64,000 nt of DNA from Dimorphilus gyrociliatus (Eukaryota; Animalia; Annelida). Made by a program: the position numbers and the translations under genes. The stretch spans positions 2,029,106 to 2,093,105 of the forward strand of contig CAJFCJ010000003.1 in assembly GCA_904063045.1 (NCBI GenBank). Reading direction: 5' to 3'. How positions within the stretch are numbered: the stretch's first letter is position 1; each line of letters opens with the position of its first letter. This document shows, piece after piece, positions 27,718 through 40,160 of the stretch. Below the pieces are notes generated by a model. The model searched no databases and was not told where the DNA came from. It saw nothing but the letters and a program-made list of their open reading frames with translations.

Positions 27718-30670
27718 TTAAGCTATTGTGCACAAGAATACTTCAAGTATAAGTATCCCAAATAATATGTAAATGGGTAAAACGTAATACTCTTTTATAT
27801 TAACTTTATAAATACCAAATAATGGAACAAACGACTTATTCGTAATTTGCTTTGAATCTTTCAAATTATATATACTTTTATTATCAATTACTTCACCCTC
27901 AAGATTTAAATTTAAGCTCCTTTTATTCTTAGCAGTATGTTCCGTTTTAAAATCTTGAAAAAATTCTTCAGAGTTGAAATATTCGTCATTTATATATTTC
28001 GTATATTTTCCCAGATCAATTGGCTCATTACTTTTTCTATGCCATTTTGGAAATACCTCGGAATCATTAACACGAATTTTACAATGGAACTTGCTGTCCG
28101 AACCTTCGATAGCATAAAGTTTATTTTCGCATTTCTTGCATTTCCTAGAACCATACTCATCCGAGTACGAACCCGGTTGACATTTTCTACAAAACTTTTC
28201 ATGTAAATCTGTAGGACTTCGATAATATCCTGGCTTACACGGTATGCAAATTAAAACAAAAGGATCGAACTCGCTTCCTGCTCCGCAATAGAAATCATCT
28301 GAACTATCTCTATTTGAATGCTCTTGAAAGACGTTTTGTGTCAAAGAATATTTTATTTTCTTTTTAAAAGTATTAAGAGGAATTTTAAAATATTCTACTA
28401 CTAAGCAGTAAAGTTTCGAAAACCAACTCTTTCCCCCATCACCAGTTTCTTCAATAAATTCTTCGAATTTCCTAAACTCTTTCTTTGTATAGTAATTTGC
28501 TTTTAAATATTCAGTGTAGATGTTTTGAAAATTAGGATCTATTTGTACTGATGAGTAATTTTTTGTACATTTTTCTCTAGCTTTCATACTTTCTAAAGGA
28601 TAGATAGTAAAAGAAAGTACCAAACTGCCCGATGGAATTTGTTTCCATTTCTGACTTTTTTTTTTCATCCACTTCATTTCGGGTTTTTGTATTGAGAAAA
28701 TATCAGCAATTTCAAAAGCTTTTAGATTGTTTCCAGAACTATCTGTCCAATTTAACTCACGTTCAGTTGATTTTTTAACTATTTCAGCAATTATTCTCTT
28801 ATCAATTACACATTGTAAGTTTACATATACACCTTTTGCCAAACAGTTACCTATACATATTTTACTTAAGATGTCAGCTTTAATTATTTCAATCTTTTTT
28901 GATAAAAATGATTTATTGAAATATTTACAGCTTGAATATAATTTGTAGCCGGGAATTGGTTCCAAAATCGTTACTAATTCTTTCCTTATAGGTATTTCAA
29001 AGACAGTTAATAAATGACTAAAAGTTAGATTGATCATATTTGAATAAATGATACAATTATACAGCTGACTATCTGCCAAAGAAGCATCAAATATACTCAA
29101 TTCTTTTCCATTGTTAGTAACTTGTATTCTACTTGTAGGAATTACTCTTGCTCCACTTTCTGTTTGCCATTCGTAGCCAATGTTGGAAGGAAGTCTAGTC
29201 AACGAGAAAGCACAGATTGAAATACATAAAATGTGTTGTTTTTACGTTAAATAACAAACTGTGGGTATTGATAAGATTTATTGGCGCAGCTTAATTTAAT
29301 TCGACTGCCAACATACGCAAAGCTATGTGGAATTTTTCTACTAGCTCTTAGAATGGAATTAGAGCATGCTATAAGTTTATTAACACTACCCCAAACCGCA
29401 ATATTAGATTTTGTAACATTTCTACAATTAATACAGTTGAGTGCACCCTCTCTCGAGTTGTAAGTATATGGGGGGCATGTAAAACATTTATTGGAGGTTT
29501 TTGTAGGAATGAAGTGATAGCTTCCTCTAGGACACAGTATGCACTTATCATTTGTCATATAACTTCCGGGAATACAAATAGATTTATATATATTACGACT
29601 TTTTCGTAGGAAAATAGCTTTTAAATCTAATTCTGGCCATTTTTCAAAGTCTTTTAAGGATGATATTATGTAATGTCGACCTTTTTCCAATTCGTCAGAA
29701 ATGCGAACTATTTATTTAAAATTAATTTCATATTTTTAATTAAAGCTCAATAGTTAATAAGAATCAAATGGATTGATAGTACCTGTAATATTATAGACAT
29801 TTCCACCGCTCCTAAATTTAGAATTCATCAAATATATCTTTCTTTGTAAAGCAGTTGAAAAGATCATTTTTCTAATTTTCTCTTCTCCAATTGAGTAACA
29901 ACGAATTTTATACTTCAATTTATTCAGGAAAATGTTTGAAATAATCTTTTGATGTTCTATTTCATTATATAGTTGTAACATATATTTAGCGAATAAATTC
30001 CTTCCAGGTAGCTCTTTGCAAGATAAATGTGATAAATATTCATGGCTTGTCTCCACAGTAGATACAGTCATTGTTAAATTTGGTTTACTAACTACATGTT
30101 TTGAATAATGAGTATGCACATGTAAATCGTTTAATTCTTTTTCAAAAACTGTTAAAATAATACAGTGAAAGGATGTTAGGTTTGTCCAGAATGGTTCAAA
30201 GTAAAGTATTGCCGAGTCGTCAATCATTTGGAAGAGGAATTGATTTCCCGAGAACATTTCATCTATAGGAATTTAGAATAGGTAAATAGTATCTTGATTA
30301 AAATAGTTAATTAAAAAATTAATTAATTACCTTCATCTGAATAGCGAAAAGTTATATTTCCCTTTAAATAACCATAAACAAAAGGTATATTATCACTTTT
30401 ATTACACATAGTAGAATTTTGACAATGAATAATTAGATATTGACCAATATAATTAATTTCAGGATTTTGTCCAAATGACAATTTATTAAGACACGGTACA
30501 CTTACCCTCTGGTAAGATGACGATTGCAACTTTACTAATCCATGATATGTAACATCTCTCGTCACATTACTATTTGCCGGAATGAAAAGGGTGTGTATAT
30601 CATTTATATCTAGGCCCCAAATAAAATGGGATACACAACAGGATAGAAAATAATATGTTCGTATGAGCAT
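27718..30670 (-). CDS. Membrane protein with two Ig + Cys-rich (GCC2/GCC3, ephrin-receptor-like) modules, ZPBP/Sp38-like
   Basis: Signal-peptide-like start; Ig motif LSIFDASLADSQLYNC; Cys repeats CIPGSY..CILCPRGSY..CPPYTYNSREGALNCINC and CIPCKPGYY..CQPGSYSDEYG..CKKC; C-terminal hydrophobic segment. ZPBP similarity is from memory; the last exon is uncertain. Confidence 0.65.
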
Positions 30671-30932
30671 TATTACTCAGATTTAAAAACAAACTTGAAT
30701 TTTCTTCTGGAAACGTTACGTTTATTTAAGCTAAATAATAATGAATATTTTTTTAAATATCTATACAAAAACTCTTTAAATAAACATCAAAGTTCAATAC
30801 TCATTCTTCTTTGCAAACCATGACTAGTTTATAATTCTCGTCAAAAATCAATCCGCCAGAGGGCGAAATACTAGTTTTATGTTTTTTTTTCTTTTTTATC
30901 CTTCAACGGTTTAGTAATAATCTTAGAAAGCC

Positions 30933-31689
30933 ATGTCGATTGGAGAAGACATTATTTTTGAATATCTTCATATGGAGATTGTAAACGTTGTCGCAGGTCG
31001 GGAAGGAATTCATAACAAGGTACGAGAAGCAAAAAATAAGAAGTATAGATCTAATTTGTATATTATCGCTCACCAGGATTTAATTGTGAGCAAACTAGAG
31101 AAGATGGGTCATCGCGTTGGTCAAGGAATGATAGATAGATTTACAAAAGATTCACCAAGATTTAAAGATGAATTAGATATAATGAAATTTATATGCAAAG
31201 ACTTCTGGACAGCAGTATTTAAAAAACAAGTAGATAATTTAAGAACAAATCACCAGGTATTTTTTGTAGAAATCGAGTCTATATTATGAATAGACTTTTA
31301 TTTTATTTTTGTTTTCAAACTTCTTGTCTGACTCTTTTAAGTTGCATTTGCTAAATAGTTTTACATGTAGATTCTTGTTCAGGGAGTTTATGTTCTGCTG
31401 GATAAAAAATTTCGTCTGCTAACACATCTATCAAGTGAAAAAGAATACGTCGAAATCGCACCAAAAGTATATTCCCTTATAACTTTAGTAAAATATAACA
31501 TTAACCATTTCAGTTTATTGCGTTTTCCTGCGGCCTTATAAGAGGAGCACTATCTAACTTTGGTTTAATCAGTATAGTGACAGCAGATGTAAATTCTCTA
31601 CCAGAATGTACGTAAGCGTTTACAGTTGATTCATTAATTTACTTTTTACTTCTTTTACAGGTAGGTTCCAAGTTCAAATTCATCGATAA
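30933..31689 (+). CDS. TRAPPC6B: Trafficking protein particle complex subunit 6B
   Basis: FEYLHMEIV, LEKMGHRVGQG..RFKDELDIMKFICKDFW..KQVDNLRTNHQ|GVYVL..AFSCGLIRGALSNFG; five exons. Confidence 0.95.
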
Positions 31690-32610
31690 ATTATGTTTTA
31701 TGAAATATTTTGTGTTGTTCATTTTTTCCAATGGTTCGTTTACCTTGAAATTATTTTAATATTTTTTATTGTTAAAAGCCGAAAAGGAACCATTAATTTG
31801 TAGGAAGATATTTACAATTAATTAGTAGTTCAGTATCGAATACAAAAGTAAGACTACTTGTACAATCATTACAGTTTTATTAATGTTATCAAGTCAAGAA
31901 TATCGTGGTTCATCGTCTAAGAACAATCAATCTTCTTCTCTTTGCCAAAACTTCATTTTGTCTTCTTATAATCCTACACCTTTTTTGCAGTTTATGATAG
32001 ACCTTCTTTAAGTTTCATTCCTGATAATTCTTACTCCCAAAATTACATTCTGAAAAAAACATCAAATTAATGTTCCGTTTTCTACTAAGACATAATTTTC
32101 AATCACATCAACTCTCGAAAACGTCCAAACGTCTGATACTGGTTTACAGAAATGTCTAGAACAGACATTTACAGTAAAGCATCATAAATTTGAAATTATT
32201 TTCCACAACTGTAACACAATCAGCAATAGTAATTGCTGCTGTTGACTACGTTATGGTTTTGTACATGCTTTCGAAAAATCGCTCATTTTTCATACTTTCG
32301 AGACATTAGAATATCATAAATAATTTTATTTGATTGTGTATAAAATATACCTTATCAAAATTATTCTGATTCTTCCCCTTGGATAACGATTTTGTAGATT
32401 CGAGAGGATATTTTTTGAATAAACGTGGGTAACAGCAAGTTGACTGAAAGTAATCATGATGTCACGTGTCCCAATATCACGTGATAGTATATGAACCAAT
32501 AGCATACCGCCGAATGGCGAAGTTAAATAGCATTTTGCTATTTTTCCCCTCCTTATGGGTAAATAGAACATTAACTTCATTAAACATGTTGTTTAAAATT
32601 ATGTATTTGC

Positions 32611-33199
32611 ATGGTTTATACTGAGTTATCATTTCTCTTCATTTCCATGTCTTTTGTATTACTTATATATTTTTTCAACACGTTCATTAATTTCGATCAT
32701 GTTTTCCTAGATAACTGTAATAAGCGGGGAGCAATTGTCTGGATCCGAGTGTTCCAATAGAGGCTTTTCAACGAATTTGTTATGTAGTTCCTGTAAAACG
32801 TTAGGAGATTTCAAATTAGATTTTCTATCGGAAGACTGTCATCAATGTTGTCACAAAGACACTGAAGATGAACAGCAAACGGTAGTTTATTATCAAAATA
32901 ACTAAAATTAATCACATTTTATGTAAATAAAATTCAATACTTATTTATTTTTGTAGACATATTCGTTTGCTCGTTTAGAAGTGTGTGGATGAAAATTGGG
33001 AAGGTTTCCACAAATTCAAGCATTTGTCAAAAGTGATAGGGTTAAGAAGCATGCTGGACTTAAAGTAGAATATGTTCGTGGCGCTGACCCTATAATGCAC
33101 ATGATGGATGAAAATAAACAAATAGTGGAAACCTTGGCCATCGATAAATGGAACACTGACTCAATCGATGAATTTTTGTCAGTTAGACTTCGAAAGTAA
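32611..33199 (+). CDS. SELENOF: Selenoprotein F (Sep15), CGU motif
   Basis: Exons 32611-32655, 32711-32881, 32957-33199: signal peptide, Cys-rich GF..NLLCSSC..DCHQCC domain, ARLEVCG-TGA(32990-32992)-KLGRFPQIQAFVKSD..VRGADP..KWNTDSIDEFL; SECIS downstream. Confidence 0.95.
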
Positions 33200-33364
33200 T
33201 AAAGACAATTTTGAACAGTTTGTTGTTGTTTTCTCGTTTACGTTATTAATTGTTTAAAATTTAGTTAAACGTTTATATATATATATATATGTATACCATC
33301 GAAATTGTTTGATTTTACATTTTTTTTCAATGCATATTTCTGTTGTAAACGACTGAAGGCAACG

Positions 33365-33445
33365 ACATGTCCATTCGAGACCTATGATGATAATTTGTGA
33401 AAAGTCATTGACTACAAGTTATTTGATCCTTTCCGTATGTGACGC
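33365..33445 (+). promoter_or_regulatory. SECIS element (type II) of SELENOF
   Basis: Core AUGAU 33384-33388; 11-bp stem GATAATTTGTG/TACAAGTTATT; AAAA then mini-stem GTCA/TGAC; 3' UGAU 33424-33427. Confidence 0.85.
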
Positions 33446-33711
33446 TGTTCTTTTCCATATATATCGAATAAACTTTAAAGTTTGAAATTCAATTTTATTG
33501 CAAAATATAACATTTCTATTATTATTATCAAAAGGAATAGAAAAATATATGATATTTTACAAATATAATTTTTATTATGTCAAAGAAAATGTCTTTGACA
33601 CCTAATTTAATTTTTTTGCTCGAAAAAAATTTCTAATGCTCAAACTCACGTCACATAATCTACACTAACGCCATCTAGAAAAAAGTTTACATTCTGGAGA
33701 AAAACCGGAAA

Positions 33712-33721
33712 CTCTTCCTTT
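33712..33721 (+). promoter_or_regulatory. TCT initiator / 5'TOP tract of RPL13A
   Basis: CTCTTCCTTT just upstream of the ATG, preceded by ETS-like CCGGAA. Confidence 0.7.
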
Positions 33722-33730
33722 ACTTCCGCC

Positions 33731-34989
33731 ATGGGCTTATATTCAAAGGTTTATATTTTCGCTCATAAATATCTAAAATTTTCCGTTATAAAATAATTTT
33801 TTTGTATTTATTTCGGTCTGATGTTTGTAGTAAAAAGTCATTCTACGTATATGTACAAGAAGTTATGTAAAATTTCTTTTAATTCAAGAAAAAATTTGAT
33901 ATTGTAAATTTTCAAGATGGCAGCTAGAAAGCATGCCGCGTGTTCCAGTCACATTTTCATGAAATTTTCATTTCTCTTTTTCTACAGCCGTTGCTTATCG
34001 ACGCCCGAGGCCACCTTTTGGGTAGGCTTGCTAGTATCACCGCTAAATCTTTGCTTCAAGGGCAAAGGGTTGTCGTTGTAAGATGCGAAGGCATAAATAT
34101 CTCCGGAAGCTTCTACCGAAACAAGTGTAAGTTCGACTCTAGAATAAAGATTATTTTATATTAAACCAAAATATTGTTTCGTTTAGTGAAATATTTGGAT
34201 TTTCTCCGTAAGAGAATGAACACCAAACCAAGCCGGGGTCCTTTCCATTTCCGTGCACCCAGCAAGATTTTCTACCGTACTGTCCGCGGTAAATATTTTT
34301 CGCTGCTATTAGCATCTTCACATATATGATGAAAAATCTATCCTTACCTACATTGGCTGAAATTCATGATAGGACAAACCTAGTCTGATCCCTGAATATT
34401 ATCTTGTTTAAATGGCGAAATGTTTACAATGTTACTAATTTTATCTTCTTTTAGGTATGATTCCCCACAAAACTACTCGTGGAAAGGAAGCTCTTGGTAG
34501 GCTAAAGGTTTTTGAAGGCATACCGCCACCTTACGATAAGAAGAAGAGATTGGTTGTTCCATCCGCTCTTAGAGTCATCAGATTGAAGCAAAGACGAGAT
34601 GTAAGTATTTTTCATTACAGATTCTGAAGTACAGTGTTTCTAAGCTGATGATCCGTTAGCCATAGTTTGACTCTTAATGAAAAGAGAAAAACACGTCATG
34701 CACCACCATCTGATTCTCATTTCATAACTTAAAACTTTTCTTTTCTTTTTCCATTATTCTTAAACGCTTTTCCTTTTTTCAGTTCTGTGTTTTGGGCCGT
34801 CTATCTCACGAAGTCGGTTGGAAATATCAGGGCGTAATGTCGACTTTGGAAACGAAAAGGAAATTAAAGTCCAAGAACTATTACCAGAGAAAGGTTATTC
34901 TTGAAAAGATCAGAAACAAGGCCCGCACTAACGTTGCTAAAAAGATCGAACCGTACCAGAAAGTGATCACTGGCATGGGATTTCGTTAA
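33731..34989 (+). CDS. RPL13A: 60S ribosomal protein L13a (uL13)
   Basis: Exons 33731-33748, 33988-34126, 34187-34288, 34455-34600, 34783-34989: [56 protein letters not shown]. Confidence 0.98.
34322..34399 (+). ncRNA. SNORD34: Box C/D snoRNA, SNORD34/snR62-like, in RPL13A intron 3
   Basis: C box ATGATGA 34326-34332; guide CCTTACCTACATTG 34342-34355 complementary to LSU rRNA CAAUGUAGGUAAGG; D' CTGA 34357-34360 puts the +5 base opposite the U methylated via U34; D box CTGA 34392-34395 with ATAT/ATAT terminal stem. Confidence 0.85.
34641..34717 (+). ncRNA. SNORD33: Box C/D snoRNA, SNORD33/snR55-like, in RPL13A intron 4
   Basis: C box CTGATGA 34645-34651; guide CATGCACCACCA 34697-34708 complementary to SSU rRNA UGGUGGUGCAUG; D box CTGA 34710-34713; the +5 rule targets a U as for U33. 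Confidence 0.85.
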
Positions 34990-35709
34990 ACAGAGACATT
35001 AAGCGGTGTAGAAAAAATACACTTCAATGTTTGAAATATTAAACGATTTGCCCTTCAGACATAATCTCATAGTTTTTCCTTTCGCAGCTTCAGACGGGCT
35101 ATAACAACATTTATAATACTTAGTTTGCTTTACGTCGTTAGTAAAAGAGAGTCTTATCTTTGTTTTTTTCCGCACAATGCTATGCAAAACAAGTATTTAT
35201 TAAACGAAAAAGAAATCGATGAATAAGAAACGGTTTGTCCACAAACACGTGATCAGCGTACGGAAATGATAGGCGGCTTAGTAGAATTTACGACTTAAGT
35301 TAACACTAGATTGATGAGCTTTCTGTATAAAGCGTCTTTGGGACATTTCTTGCGGAATTTAGCTGGTCTCTAGTTTGTATTATTTATATTGATATCCACT
35401 GATTAATTACGGCGCGTTAGTAATAGTTTGCAAAATCCAATTCTCCTGAGACGAACGTTTGTAAATTGTTTTTCATTGTAATTTGGCACTGATTTTTCTG
35501 TAGGCCTAGAATTTTCGATTTATTGATTACCTCTTGCTCATTTAGCACCTAATTAGATTTGTCGGTGTGTATAAAGAGTAGTAAGAAAAATTAATTAAAA
35601 TATTTGGTCTAGAGAGCGCTACCTTTTGCCGTAGCGTCACTGCAGTTTTGCAGAACGCGCAGGCCGTTCGAATTCCCTGTCAGAATTCATTGCGGATTTG
35701 GGCGAGGAG

Positions 35710-36522
35710 ATGCGTAAGCTGATTTGTTTACTGTGCTGTTTACAAACGGCTCGCTCGGCTTTCGACGTTAGAGTGGAGTGTTGGGCCATTGGACGATTTC
35801 TTAGACGCTACTCTACCCCAGTTTTTCGACTAAATGATTTTGGTACAGTTAAGTTTGTTTTTGATGTTCCTAAAGTTAAGCAAAGCTGTTACCATAAAAT
35901 ACAATTCGAACTTACAAGTAATGTGTCCGAAGTGGAAAGCATTGCTTTCAGATGGACGAAATGTGTTCGAATGGTAAACTGTATTGCTAATTGGACTGTA
36001 GATGAAATAAGTGACGGTTATTCAAATAGACCGTGGCATGTGACTATGCAGCATTATCTGCACCCTGATGTGTCAAACATAGAATGGACTTTTCATGCTT
36101 ATTCCGAAGGAATAGAAAATATAGAACGGGGTGAATCCGAATCGTTCAATATAGAGCGAAAAGTGTCAGAAAGAAAAGAGAACATTTTATCCTCCACAGA
36201 TGTTCTGTTTACGCCAAGAAAATCGGATTTAGGGAATATCGAGCCGTTCATCTACTTCGACGTCTCTTTTCTGACAGTTTCACTTTCGAACGAACCGTTT
36301 CTGTCTTTCGAGTTCTTAGGCACAAATATCTCAGAGGTTTTAAAGATTTCGCTAGATGATGAATTTTGCGGTTGTGATGTGGAAAATGTGGAGGGATTGG
36401 CGCTGTACTCATGCCAGGCGGGTAGGCGTATAGTTGGTGACACTACCGATTTATTGCGCGTCGTTGGCAAATCTTGCGTGACCGACGGCATATCTGTCAA
36501 CTATACGTTTACGACATTCTAG
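35710..36522 (+). CDS. Intronless secreted protein of unknown function (270 aa)
   Basis: ATG 35710, signal peptide MRKLICLLCCLQTARSA, uninterrupted ORF with N-glycosylation sequons and Cys residues; visibly more GC-rich than its flanks. Confidence 0.7.
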   Translation: MRKLICLLCCLQTARSAFDVRVECWAIGRFLRRYSTPVFRLNDFGTVKFVFDVPKVKQSCYHKIQFELTSNVSEVESIAFRWTKCVRMVNCIANWTVDEISDGYSNRPWHVTMQHYLHPDVSNIEWTFHAYSEGIENIERGESESFNIERKVSERKENILSSTDVLFTPRKSDLGNIEPFIYFDVSFLTVSLSNEPFLSFEFLGTNISEVLKISLDDEFCGCDVENVEGLALYSCQAGRRIVGDTTDLLRVVGKSCVTDGISVNYTFTTF

Positions 36523-36954
36523 AAAGCCTCAAGTCAACAAGCAATCTATTTCTATTCGCCAGCGGCGTCGCTAACGAACAACTCAACTAGGATGATCGGT
36601 CAAGCTTAATTTCTAACGGAAAGACATTGGAAGAATCGATTACGAAGGCCTGAAATTTATATATAACTTAACAACCCTTTGGTCGTTCGACCAAATAAAA
36701 AACTACTCTTTGCCTGTCATCGAATAGCTCCAAACGGCTTTTCCTACAATACTTGACCTAATAAGACACGAACGCTGCTCATCAAGATTTCAGTATTTTT
36801 CACGGTGTACGAAATATAATTTGTATTAACTATAAGGAAAGCAATTTCAGATTCTTTCGATTACCGTTCTTTGTACCATCAATTTACATATATCATAACA
36901 TAAATCAGAGCACGAGATAACTCTCCCGCGCCATCTGTCTCCTACAGCAATATA

Positions 36955-37522
36955 TTAGTTCGATTTTTTCTCTTCTGCTGCTTTTTCTTTCAGTTGTTTT
37001 TGCCAATCTAGTCCTCGTTTATGTAAACTATCTCCTTCTTTCTATAAACGAAAATGATACGATTGTTTAAAAAAAAAGCTGTTTTAAATAAAAAATAATT
37101 TAACGGTGAAATGGCCTATTTTTAAAAGTAAACTTGGAAAGCATACTTACCATGGCTTTTTTGCCTGAGTATACCATGATAATACAACCAAAGAAGGTTG
37201 CTAAACACATTCCCAAACTAACTCGAATTCTGAATAAATCCCTAGCCTTTTTAATTTGGCTGCTTGTAACAACTTCGGGAACCTCAGCAGCTGATTTATA
37301 CATTTTGGCATAAACCAACATCTTCTTATCAAAGTCTGATGGTCTGTGAGTAGGTCCAACTGAAAATTGCAACAATGACATAAGGTGATTTGATCAAGTA
37401 CCAACCTTACTTGTACTGTCTAAGCGTCTCACTGATGTGTTGAAGCTCCTTCTAATTGAAGATTGTTGCAAGTTTCGCAAAGTGGGCACAATATTGCGCA
37501 TTATTTTACTGGCTGAATTCAT
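36955..37522 (-). CDS. FAM162: FAM162/DUF1075-like mitochondrial membrane protein
   Basis: Arg/Ser-rich transit peptide, HRPSDFDKKMLVYAKMYKSAAEVPE..ARDLFRIRVS, one TM, GKKA..GDSLHKRGLDWQK. Confidence 0.75.
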
Positions 37523-37789
37523 GATTCTAACTGAATGAGGTTGTAACAAAATTTCAAACGTGACTGAGGCGAAATGTAACCTTGACCTTACTTCAATGTC
37601 AGACAGCCCGTACCGAGTTCTACACAAGTCTTTCAAAAAGATTATTGTACTCAGAGGTCGTTCCCAGCTAAAATATCACGTCTAATCGAAATGAGTTTCG
37701 ATACAAACGCGGTGTCCGTAACTTGCAACCATTTCTGTGTTTTTACGACACCTTAGGTTCTTTCCTTCTAACTAACTAAGCAAATTATA

Positions 37790-40062
37790 ATGGAAAATCA
37801 CAATATATTGGCAAGTGCGACCACATCAGCACTATGCCATATGATTTACCAAGTTTGTAAACAATTTTTACATTTCCGTGTGAATCTTTAAGTTCAAGTT
37901 TCTTTTAGTTTATGTTTAGAATGTCATCTTTCATTCTAAATACATTAATAATACGTCAAACATCAAAAGAGTTACTAGGAGTTGTAAATGTGAGGTAATC
38001 AATGAGCACATTCACGTTCCTATCATACATCAATTGAAATCATAATATTAATTTAGGTTGACTTTGTTATATACAACTTTATTGTTTGTTACTCAAGAAT
38101 GTTTCAAAAAAGCATGCACTAATCGAAATAGTGTTAAAAATAAACCTTGGTCAGAAATCAACAATGTTTTATGGTTGGGGTTAGTTGCAATAAAATGAAT
38201 ACTTTCTAAATAATAATGCCATGACCGTATTTTGTAGAGTGCCCGCAAGCATCTTTTGTGTTTTAATTCTCTCATTACTGTGGATTTTTGGATTTAAGCA
38301 ACCGGTTGAGCCATATTATACATTCGCAGTGCTAGCTTTCGGAGTTTCTGTGGTAATAGAGTCATTCTCTTTGCCATTATTCGTATTAGGACAACTTCAT
38401 TTGTACGTTAAATTAAGAGTACGTAAATAAAAAGTATTTTAAATAATCAATTTAAATATTAATAACATTTTTAAAGGTTGTAATTGAAGGATTGGCCACA
38501 TTCATTCGAACTTTTCTAACGATTATATTAGTTTTTTATTTTAAAAATTGGGGATTAATTGGTTTTGGTTTAATTCAGATATTTTTCAGCTCTTTCGTAA
38601 CTTTATCCTATTACATTTATTTCTCATCAAGAATAATAAAAAAGCAAACAACCGAAAAATTTCCAATAAAGGATCTCATTGATTTTCTACCGAGATTTTC
38701 TTCAGTAATTTCAAATTTCCTTGGAATAAGCTCATTGTATTTAGCAGTAACTTTTTCTATTTTTGCTTCTTTAAGATAAATTTTGAATTATTACAACTTT
38801 CTTGGAGTTTCTTTAAGCAATCATGCTTAAAACAATTATTAACAGAGGGTGAAAGATACGTTATGACTATATTCCATGTATTAAATTTTCAAGACCAAGG
38901 TAAAGTTTTCTTACTTTATATATCCAACATTACGATCAATTTCTTGATTATATAGAATATATTTAAATTTTTCAGGCAAATATGACGTTATAAATAACCT
39001 AGGTTCAATGGTGGCTAGATTTATATTTATGCCAGTGGAAGAGAGTTCCCATCTATTATTTTCTCAAACCCTCACAAGAGGGAAAGATGCAAGTAGTCAG
39101 CCAAAAGTAACGAGTTCCCCTTTTCTTTAAACTGCAAAAAAATAGCTTATAATTTTCAGAAAGATCTTGAATTAGCTTCATCGTTTCTGGAGAATGTGCT
39201 TAAATTTGTTACTACCTTAGGATTGTTAGCTTGCGCTTTTGGGCAGGCTTATTCCTTTCTAGCGTTAAATTTGTATGGAGGAGAACTACTTAGTTCGGAT
39301 TCAGGTTTAGTTTTATATTGCTGACATAAATATTATTGATTAGATCTTCGTAAAAAATCATTAGGGCCTTGTCTCTTGAGAACTTTCTGCGTTTATCTTT
39401 TATTATTAGCCGTTAATGGGGTAACGGAAAGCTTTGTTTTTTCGGTTATGAAGAAAAACCAAATAGAAAGGTAAATTCCAATCGAAATAAATAACATTGT
39501 AGATTATAATTACGTATACTATTTATAGCTATAACCGAAAAATGTTACTATTTTCTATTATTTTCGTCATTTTATCATTAATATTAACTAAATTACTTGG
39601 GGGTGTTGGGTTTGTCTGGGCGAATGGCGCCAATATGCTGGCTCGTATTATCCATAGGTATTGATAATCCAAAATTTAACCAAGTACGCATAAATTTTTC
39701 GTTGACAGCTTTTTATACATAAGAGAGTTTTATAAAAGTTCGAATTATAGTCCGTTGAAAGGAGTTTATCCTACTAAAGCCTTTGTTATTTCTCTTCTAT
39801 GCTCACTAGGAATTACTTGCGCGTCCGAGGTAATTGGTGCTCTTTCAAACGGAAATCATTTTTATTTATTCCTAATTCATATTATTAATTTTGGCAGAGA
39901 TTGTTCTATCCGGTCTCAACCTTAACTGTTCTCATTCATGTCTCTATTGGTGGTGTTTGCTTAGCTGGAGTTTTATTAACTCTATGGCTAACCGACAAGG
40001 CATTTATACAATTTATGTTGAATTTTGTGAGAAACAGATCAAATCCTAAGAAAATAAATTAG
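37790..40062 (+). CDS. RFT1: RFT1 (Man5GlcNAc2-PP-dolichol translocation protein)
   Basis: [76 protein letters not shown]; multi-exon. Confidence 0.93.
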
Positions 40063-40160
40063 AAAGACTATTGTACAAAAATTTATTATTTTTATATAAA
40101 AAATCGAATTGTATGGGGAAAAAAGTAATAAAGTAGAAATAAAATATTTACTGTAATAGA

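Noticed and set aside
31900-32580. Small gene between TRAPPC6B and SELENOF, including a THAP-like CSRHF on the minus strand near 32150-32170
   Set aside because: All frames hit stops, no consistent splice model, and no other THAP residues.
33749-33987. H/ACA or U32/U35 snoRNA in RPL13A intron 1
   Set aside because: No C box; H- and ACA-like hexamers are too far apart and the hairpins are weak.
35655-35690. tRNA or tRNA-Sec-like GTTCGAATTCC
   Set aside because: No acceptor stem, D-arm or A-box could be built.
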